From a virus, in the IMG/VR virus record IMGVR_UViG_3300037189_002988, positions 16,722-80,721 of that record: 64,000 nt of DNA; one strand, written 5' to 3'. Under the pieces are notes generated by a model, which did not search any database, had not been told where the DNA came from, and saw only the letters and a list, made by a program, of their open reading frames with translations. Below, piece by piece: positions 58,315 to 64,000 of this stretch. The position numbers and the translations under genes were made by a program. Numbering within the stretch: the stretch's first letter is position 1; every line of letters begins with the position of its first letter.

Positions 58315-58836
58315 ATGCCTTATGATATTAAAAGAAACTATGGTGGTTGCAAGGGTTATGCAGTAGTTGGCCCAAGTGGTTCAAAGGGATGTCACCCATC
58401 ACGTAAAAAAGCAATTGAGCAACAAAGAGCATTATATGCTGCTGAGGCAGATAGTAAAAAAGTTGACGGAAGCATTATTACAAATGAAGATGTTCCACAA
58501 TCTTACCCACATTCATTAGAGGATTGTCCAAGTCCACAAAATTGTCCAGATCATATGAATGAAAATATGGATAAAAAGAAAAAGAAAGATGAAAACGAAC
58601 GTAAAGATAAAAATAAAAACGAAATGCATAAAGATGAAGAAGTAGATAAAAAGTCCCCATGTTGGGATGGATATGTTCAAAGAGGAATGAAGCCAGGAAA
58701 AGATGGAGCCATGGTTCCTAACTGTGTACCAGTTAAAAAATCAGAAGAATTACAAGAATGTTGCCCAGATCAAGTTATGAAAAAACAACTTACCAATAGA
58801 CAAACGGATACTTTCCTACCAAGTCTTGGAATATAA
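58315..58836 (+). CDS. Modular Cys-containing hypothetical protein, probably leaderless
   Basis: Modules MPY...GC.GYAVV....GCH.S...A..Q.RALY and CWDGY.Q.GMK......VPNCVP joined by Lys-rich linkers; TGGTATACT 6 nt before ATG. Confidence 0.6.
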   Translation: MPYDIKRNYGGCKGYAVVGPSGSKGCHPSRKKAIEQQRALYAAEADSKKVDGSIITNEDVPQSYPHSLEDCPSPQNCPDHMNENMDKKKKKDENERKDKNKNEMHKDEEVDKKSPCWDGYVQRGMKPGKDGAMVPNCVPVKKSEELQECCPDQVMKKQLTNRQTDTFLPSLGI

Positions 58837-59578
58837 AATGATTAAAGAAGATATGTGGGAAGGTAAGCCCCTATACGATGAATTATCAAATGAAGAAAGA
58901 GCATTGGCAGATTCATTGCTTGCATTGTCAAATAAAGTTGGACCATTAGATAAAGCAAAAGGTATTTGGGTTGGATACGAAGATGCATACAATAATGAAA
59001 ATGCAGAAATAGGTGTTAAATGTGGCAACTGTGCACTACATAAATCTTCTGTAGCGTGTGCAATATTAGAAGCAGCAATTGAAGAAGAAGGTGCTTGTAG
59101 ATTTGCTGTTATTCCAGACGGATACGTAACAGTTGGTAGTGATGTTCAAGACGATATGGATAATCCAGATCATGAAGATGATATGTCAAAAGCATCAATT
59201 GAAAGTTTAAATTTAAAACCAACAGAATCTATGGCAAACAATGCACGTAGAGGTTTAGAACTAAGAAGAAAATTTGGTCGTGGTGGAACAGCAGTTGGAG
59301 TTGCTCGTGCAAGAGATTTAGCAAATAGAAAAGAACTAAGTCCAGAAACTGTAGCCAGAATGTATTCTTTCTTTTCTCGTCACGAGGTAGATAAAAAAGG
59401 TAAAGATTGGAATAATTCTGAAAGACCTTCTAATGGTAAGATTGCCTGGCTGCTGTGGGGTGGAGATTCTGGATACGCATGGGCCAGATCAAAATGGAAT
59501 GCAATTCAAAGAGTAAGAGCACAAAAATCAGTTTGGACAGATAGTCCATTATCATTTAACAAACATATTGACAACTAA
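58826..59578 (+). CDS. Two-domain protein: HiPIP-like Cys module plus basic ..AWLLWGG.. domain
   Basis: CGNCALH....CAILEAAIEEEGACRF; PTESM...ARRGLE.R...GGT.VG.ARA..L...SFFSRHE...IAWLLWGGD.G..WA. Confidence 0.6.
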   Translation: MEYKMIKEDMWEGKPLYDELSNEERALADSLLALSNKVGPLDKAKGIWVGYEDAYNNENAEIGVKCGNCALHKSSVACAILEAAIEEEGACRFAVIPDGYVTVGSDVQDDMDNPDHEDDMSKASIESLNLKPTESMANNARRGLELRRKFGRGGTAVGVARARDLANRKELSPETVARMYSFFSRHEVDKKGKDWNNSERPSNGKIAWLLWGGDSGYAWARSKWNAIQRVRAQKSVWTDSPLSFNKHIDN

Positions 59579-59596
59579 ATATAATTAGTGTAAAAT
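59568..59596 (+). promoter_or_regulatory. SigA-type promoter
   Basis: TTGACA-17 nt-TAAAAT, then RBS aaggag before 59610. Confidence 0.6.
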
Positions 59597-59609
59597 TATA
59601 AAAGGAGTT

Positions 59610-59828
59610 GTGATGAATGAAAATAAAATCGACCCAGAAGTTTTACAGTTTATGCTTGGTTATTATAGGAACAAGTGCTCTCAACTTGAGTATGAATTTT
59701 TATTATTTAAAGCATCTGTCGACAAACAGATTAAGACAATTCAATCAGTTGCAAACAGTGGATCAAATCTTAAAGACTCCTCAAATGCAACAAAAGAAAA
59801 AAGAAAGCCAAATGGACAGGGTAATTAA
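59610..59828 (+). CDS. Hypothetical protein
   Basis: RBS aaggag; short coiled coil. Confidence 0.55.
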   Translation: MMNENKIDPEVLQFMLGYYRNKCSQLEYEFLLFKASVDKQIKTIQSVANSGSNLKDSSNATKEKRKPNGQGN

Positions 59829-60018
59829 CGAAACCAGGGTAAATATAGCAATAATGAATAATAAGGCTTATTGGATTCGTAATAATACAGTATTCTCATC
59901 TAAATTAGATGAAGAAGGAAATGTTGATATATCAAATGCAGAAAAGGTAGATGTATTCTCTCTTTCTGAAAAAGAAATGAAAACAATTATAAGTATCATA
60001 GATAGTTTGAATAAATAA
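59812..60018 (+). CDS. Hypothetical protein, paralog of 60020..60238
   Basis: NIAIMNNKAYWIRNN motif. Start placed at ATG 59812 rather than 59617. Confidence 0.5.
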   Translation: MDRVINETRVNIAIMNNKAYWIRNNTVFSSKLDEEGNVDISNAEKVDVFSLSEKEMKTIISIIDSLNK

Positions 60019-60019
60019 C

Positions 60020-60238
60020 GTGTCTCAATATTTAACTATGCTTCTTTCTATATTATCCTTTATACTTATGATCCTTTGGTTTAACAAGGCATATAAAGAA
60101 TTTAAATCAAATCCAGAGATAATAAATATAGACATTGTTGACAATAGGGCGTATTGGGTGTATGATGGTGTGATATATTATGCTGATGTTATTGATAATA
60201 AGATCGATAACGCAACAAGAAGAAAGATAAAGATATAA
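60020..60238 (+). CDS. Small membrane-anchored protein
   Basis: N-terminal transmembrane helix followed by NIDIVDNRAYWVYDG. Confidence 0.5.
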   Translation: MSQYLTMLLSILSFILMILWFNKAYKEFKSNPEIINIDIVDNRAYWVYDGVIYYADVIDNKIDNATRRKIKI

Positions 60239-60589
60239 ATGATTATTGCAGTAGAGGGAACAAAAGAGTTTCAAGACTATGAAACTTTCATGAGGGCTAT
60301 GGGTGTTGCACTTTCTAATCCAAGCCTTGATTCCGATATTCAAGTATGGTCATTAGGACCACATAAAATAAATAGTTTTACTGCTGCATTTTGTAATTCA
60401 TCAGAACACTTTCTAAAATTAAAAGGATTTAAAATATCATTTTATAAAGTATCACATCAATGGGTAGCAGAAAATCTTAATAGCGTTAATTATTATGGAT
60501 TCTTTGGTTTATTAAAGGATAGCGAGTCTAGAATGTGCAAGGCTGCACAATTAGTAGAAGGGTGCGAAGTTGGTATCTTTAGAAATTAG
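60239..60589 (+). CDS. Hypothetical protein (possible SLOG/YspA-like fold)
   Basis: MIIAVEGTKEF.DY..F start resembles YspA-like proteins. Confidence 0.45.
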   Translation: MIIAVEGTKEFQDYETFMRAMGVALSNPSLDSDIQVWSLGPHKINSFTAAFCNSSEHFLKLKGFKISFYKVSHQWVAENLNSVNYYGFFGLLKDSESRMCKAAQLVEGCEVGIFRN

Positions 60590-60869
60590 TTTAACAATTT
60601 GGTCTTTAATAATTTTTGGAATTCAGTCAATATCTTTACTTTCTGTTATGATGGTATTTTTAAATCCAAATGCTAAGGCTGTAATATTTATAATCTTGTT
60701 ATGGATTACAACTCAGGTTACATATATTTTATACGGATACAATACCAAACAAATAGGATTCCTATTACTTGGAATATTTAATATACTTGCCTCTTTTGTT
60801 ACATTATTTTTAAATTTTGGCAAGGTAAGAGAAGATGAAGAAGAAGAGGAAGAGTATGAAGATCAATAG
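60570..60869 (+). CDS. Membrane protein (about 3 TM) with acidic tail
   Basis: Hydrophobic segments; EDEEEEEEYEDQ C-terminus. Confidence 0.5.
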   Translation: MVSLEISLTIWSLIIFGIQSISLLSVMMVFLNPNAKAVIFIILLWITTQVTYILYGYNTKQIGFLLLGIFNILASFVTLFLNFGKVREDEEEEEEYEDQ

Positions 60870-61077
60870 TTTAGAACAGATGGAGTTAATTGTTAAAAGC
60901 AATTCACATCTTAGATGGGATGGCGTAACCGTAGTTGCACTAGTTGAAGAAGATGGTTACTACACAAAAAATGGTGTATTTGATAATGGTAAGTGGAAGA
61001 CTGAATATAGGTTTGACATGGTGGATTACAATGTGTGGAACATACCAGATAGGTATCTAGCACATGTACAAGTTTGA
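60856..61077 (+). CDS. Hypothetical protein
   Basis: MKINSLEQME.IV..N..L.WDG; RBS gagga. Confidence 0.55.
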   Translation: MKINSLEQMELIVKSNSHLRWDGVTVVALVEEDGYYTKNGVFDNGKWKTEYRFDMVDYNVWNIPDRYLAHVQV

Positions 61078-61348
61078 TGAAAATAGATCATGTCTTGGAA
61101 TGGATACTAATCTATTCTTTGATAAGTATGAAGAAGATTCAATTGTTCAAGAAAGTGTTGACACACTTTGCTCACAATGTCCGTCACAAAGAAAGTGTTT
61201 GGCATATGGTGTGAGTAATCAAGAGTGGGGAGTTTGGGGTGGAGTTTATTTAGAATCTGGAAAAATATCTAAAGAATTTAATAAACATAAAACAAACGAA
61301 ACATGGTTTAAGGTTTGGTCTGGAGCAACAATGGATAAAAATGTATAA
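61064..61348 (+). CDS. whiB: WhiB-family Fe-S transcriptional regulator
   Basis: C......FF ... C..CP....C...G......GVWGG: four Cys plus the GVWGG turn. Confidence 0.9.
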   Translation: MYKFDENRSCLGMDTNLFFDKYEEDSIVQESVDTLCSQCPSQRKCLAYGVSNQEWGVWGGVYLESGKISKEFNKHKTNETWFKVWSGATMDKNV

Positions 61349-61610
61349 CGCAGAAATGCAAAAAGCATTTAGATCAATCAGAGTTCCAAAAGATTTTAAA
61401 GCACATATTGTAGATTATGAAAAGTTTCTTACAATAAGGTTTTATGAAAGTCAGTGGAGAAACTACACTGAAGCAGAAAGGTTTAAGTGTGTTCAATACA
61501 TGATGAATGTAAAGAAAACACTTGAAAGTCTAGGAGCGGTTGTGGCAATTGACCCAGTACTAGATTTGGAAACACCAGAAGATAGATTACAGAGAAGAAG
61601 GAGAACGTAA
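61341..61610 (+). CDS. Hypothetical protein
   Basis: Coupled ORF between whiB and ssb. Confidence 0.55.
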   Translation: MYNAEMQKAFRSIRVPKDFKAHIVDYEKFLTIRFYESQWRNYTEAERFKCVQYMMNVKKTLESLGAVVAIDPVLDLETPEDRLQRRRRT

Positions 61611-61999
61611 TGCCACAAAATATAACAGCAGTTGGAAACCTAGTTAAGGATCCAGAAGTTAAAACATTTGAAAAAGGTGCTTTAACTAAACTACGTATTG
61701 CATGTACAGATAGAATGTCTGACGGCAATGGCGGTTGGAAAGATGGAGATACAAACTACTATGATGTAGCCGTCTGGAAGACACTTGGAGAATATGCCGC
61801 ATCAACTCTCAAAAAGGGAGATAAGGTAATTGTTCAGGGTAAATTAAAATATCGTGAATTTAAACGTAACGATGGAACAAATGGCAGTGCATACGAAATT
61901 GATGCAACAGATTTAGGAATTTACCTAACTAAAAAGACTGCTACAGGTGGTACTACAACTATCAGTATTCCAAAAGACGCTGCAACCGTCTGGGGATAA
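61610..61999 (+). CDS. ssb: Single-stranded DNA-binding protein (bacterial SSB type)
   Basis: ITAVGNL.KDPE, W.DG.T.YYDV.VW..L.E.....L.KGD.V.V.G.L..R. Confidence 0.88.
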   Translation: MPQNITAVGNLVKDPEVKTFEKGALTKLRIACTDRMSDGNGGWKDGDTNYYDVAVWKTLGEYAASTLKKGDKVIVQGKLKYREFKRNDGTNGSAYEIDATDLGIYLTKKTATGGTTTISIPKDAATVWG

Positions 62000-62019
62000 T
62001 TAGATAGTATAATTAAAAT

Positions 62020-62050
62020 TGGGGGGTGGAGAAATCTACCCCTCATTTTT
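62020..62050 (+). terminator. Rho-independent terminator (GAAA tetraloop)
   Basis: TGGGGGGTGGA-GAAA-TCTACCCCTCA followed by TTTTT. Confidence 0.75.
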
Positions 62051-62070
62051 ATATATTAGGAGAAATAATA

Positions 62071-62460
62071 ATGGGATTACCAATCAAGGATGGAAAAATC
62101 ACAACACCTTACAAAAAATTAGGTAAGATGTGGTCTAAAGGCTATCATACAGGGATCGACATGGCAGTCAAAACAGGAACTCCAGTCATTGCCGTTGCAG
62201 ATGGAAAAATTGAACCAGCAAATTGGGGCAAGTCATATGGAATCCAAGCCGTACAAAAAGTTGAAGGTGGATGGGTAATTTATGCACATCTTTCTAAACT
62301 TGATGTAAAGCCTGGAGATAAAGTAACTAAAGGACAAGCAATTGGATTAAGTGGAAATACAGGAAATTCTTCTGGCCCACACTTACATTTTGAAATGCGT
62401 GACAACATTCGTTGGTCAGCAGGAAAAGATATAGATCCAACAGCAATTCTTAACTCTTAA
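62071..62460 (+). CDS. M23 family peptidoglycan endopeptidase (stand-alone catalytic domain)
   Basis: HTGID, YAHLS, GNTGNSSGPHLHFE. Start set at ATG 62071 after RBS aggag. Confidence 0.9.
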   Translation: MGLPIKDGKITTPYKKLGKMWSKGYHTGIDMAVKTGTPVIAVADGKIEPANWGKSYGIQAVQKVEGGWVIYAHLSKLDVKPGDKVTKGQAIGLSGNTGNSSGPHLHFEMRDNIRWSAGKDIDPTAILNS

Positions 62461-62532
62461 TACTGTATATTATAAAGAAATTGTATAATATATGTAGGCT
62501 TATTATATATAAGTCTTCTGGAGAAAGAAGGA

Positions 62533-64000
62533 TTGTCTAAACGTCTTAAGATAAGAATAATGCTTTTAACACCTATGTTATTAGCGTTATTCTTTTCTTT
62601 TATACCCCAAACTAATGCAAATGTAGCACCATGTGATACCTATCAGGTTAATGGTGGAGACCAAGCCTTCTTAATGAATTTAAATACTCCTCTTAAATGG
62701 GGAAATACAGTTTATACAAATAATATTTATGTAAGTCCAAAAGGAACTATTACATTTGGTGCAGGAGATTATACATTTTGGGATTATCCACCTACTCCGT
62801 CTATATCAATTGGATCTTTTGATTATCATGCATTTCCAAATAGTGCAGCAGGCGGATGGAGTCCAGGATGGGGTTATGGAAATAATTTATATGTTAGATA
62901 TGGATCTACGGCAACTTCTATATGTGTAGATTGGAAGGTAATGATATGGGGACAAAGTTCTGGAAATCCAATCTATATAAGAATGTTAGCAGAAGTAAAT
63001 CCAATAAATTATACATGGACACCAACTTATGAAGTAAGTGCTAACGCACCTGCTAACGCAAGATATGGTGCTAGATATACTCAGAATGGGCCAATTCAAC
63101 CATTAAGTGTTCAAACTATTACTCAGCCACCAGTAGCAAGTCCAACACCTTCTCCAACTGCTACACCAACTCCTACACCAACTCCTACACCAACTCCTAC
63201 ACCAACTCCTACACCAACTCCTACAGAAACCCCTACACCAACAGAGACACCAACACCTACACCAACACCTACACCAACGCCTACAGAAACTTTAACACCA
63301 ACTCCTGAGCCTACTCCAACTCAAACTCAAGATCCTGATCCAGTTCAGCCAACTCAAGATCCTGAGCCAGTTGTCGAACCAGAACCAGAAGTGACACAGG
63401 AACCAGAACCAGAAGTGACAGAAGAGCCACAAGCAGAACCTGTAATCGAACCTTCACCTGAACCAACCCCTTCAGAAGAAATTATACCAGTTGAGGAAGA
63501 AGTAAATAATGCAATTGAAGATTTATTGATTAATGAAGAAATAATTTCTAGTGAACAATTAGAAAACATTGCTGATTTATTACAAGAAAATTATACAGTA
63601 GATGAAGCAATGCCAGTATCAGACTTAGTTGAAGAACTAAGTAGTGAACAATTAATAGAATTTCTAGAACAACTAGATCCAAATCAAGAAATTGAATATA
63701 AGGAAGGAGTTGTTTTAGAAGCAGGGGTAGTGGTTATATTTGAACAACTATCAGACCCTGCAGCATTGGTAGGAGAGTTATTTTCAAATCCAAGCCAAAC
63801 ATTAGAAGCACTAGGACAACTTGGTGCTGATATGACAGAAGAAGAGAGAGAAGAATCACAAGATGTTATCGTTGCAGCAGTTGTTGCTACACAGGCAATT
63901 TCAGCAGCAATGACAGCAATACCACCTACCTCAAGTGCACCATCTAGTCCATCAGGTCCATCAGGATCTGGCGGAGGAAGTGGTGGAGAAGGAGGTGGCG
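62533..64000 (+). CDS. Secreted/surface protein with NIDO-like domain, Pro/Thr linker and acidic stalk (3' end lies outside the window)
   Basis: Hand-translated open frame from TTG 62533 or ATG 62560: signal peptide LLALFFSFIPQTNA, W.NTVY.NNIYVSPKGTITFG, PT repeats, Glu-rich helices, LGADMTEEEREESQDVIVAAVVATQA. No stop within the window. Confidence 0.7.
   Translation, partial: MSKRLKIRIMLLTPMLLALFFSFIPQTNANVAPCDTYQVNGGDQAFLMNLNTPLKWGNTVYTNNIYVSPKGTITFGAGDYTFWDYPPTPSISIGSFDYHAFPNSAAGGWSPGWGYGNNLYVRYGSTATSICVDWKVMIWGQSSGNPIYIRMLAEVNPINYTWTPTYEVSANAPANARYGARYTQNGPIQPLSVQTITQPPVASPTPSPTATPTPTPTPTPTPTPTPTPTPTETPTPTETPTPTPTPTPTPTETLTPTPEPTPTQTQDPDPVQPTQDPEPVVEPEPEVTQEPEPEVTEEPQAEPVIEPSPEPTPSEEIIPVEEEVNNAIEDLLINEEIISSEQLENIADLLQENYTVDEAMPVSDLVEELSSEQLIEFLEQLDPNQEIEYKEGVVLEAGVVVIFEQLSDPAALVGELFSNPSQTLEALGQLGADMTEEEREESQDVIVAAVVATQAISAAMTAIPPTSSAPSSPSGPSGSGGGSGGEGGG
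63142..63325 (+). repeat. Pro-Thr tandem repeat (12-bp acaccaactcct units)
   Basis: Directly visible tandem repeat. Confidence 0.9.

Noticed and set aside
1-64000. Stop-codon reassignment or tRNA genes
   Set aside because: Genes are intact in the standard code and TAA, TAG and TGA all end genes at sensible overlaps. No cloverleaf or T-loop signature was noticed, and intergenic gaps are mostly too short.

Overview
This window is a continuous, densely coding segment of a large AT-rich tailed dsDNA phage genome with siphovirus-type morphogenesis genes. It most likely infects a low-GC actinobacterium: it carries a WhiB-family regulator, apparently leaderless genes and a gene set like that of large actinophages (host assignment is inference). 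Layout: 1-14.4 kb is a modular tail-fibre/appendage region with four paralogous glycine-rich tip proteins, interrupted by a NodU/CmcH carbamoyltransferase and a holin-like gene. 14.4-18.4 kb holds a glycosyltransferase, a membrane-anchored transglycosylase and a class II (B12) ribonucleotide reductase. 18.4-44 kb is head and tail morphogenesis: portal, protease-scaffold, major capsid, neck, tail tube, frameshifted chaperones, tape measure and tail tip. 44-58 kb is replication, recombination and packaging: DnaB, primase, SSB, DnaE, RecA, resolvases, Cas4-like nuclease and terminase. 58-64 kb holds small accessory genes, WhiB, a second SSB, an M23 peptidase and a truncated Pro/Thr-rich surface protein. 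The most promising unexplained signals are: (1) a Ser-Ala-Ser motif recurring in neck, tail and fibre proteins but not seen in the enzymes, next to a phage glycosyltransferase and carbamoyltransferase (candidate virion-decoration system); (2) a repeat-bracketed cargo domain inside the tape measure protein; (3) Lys-punctuated micro-module proteins, one with a HiPIP-like Fe-S module, that share a C-terminal motif with the scaffold (candidate capsid cargo); (4) a plug-and-socket grammar of fibre modules; (5) apparent avoidance of AGCT. I saw no tRNA, rRNA, CRISPR array, integrase, intein or reverse transcriptase. All assignments come from motif recognition by eye, with no database searches.
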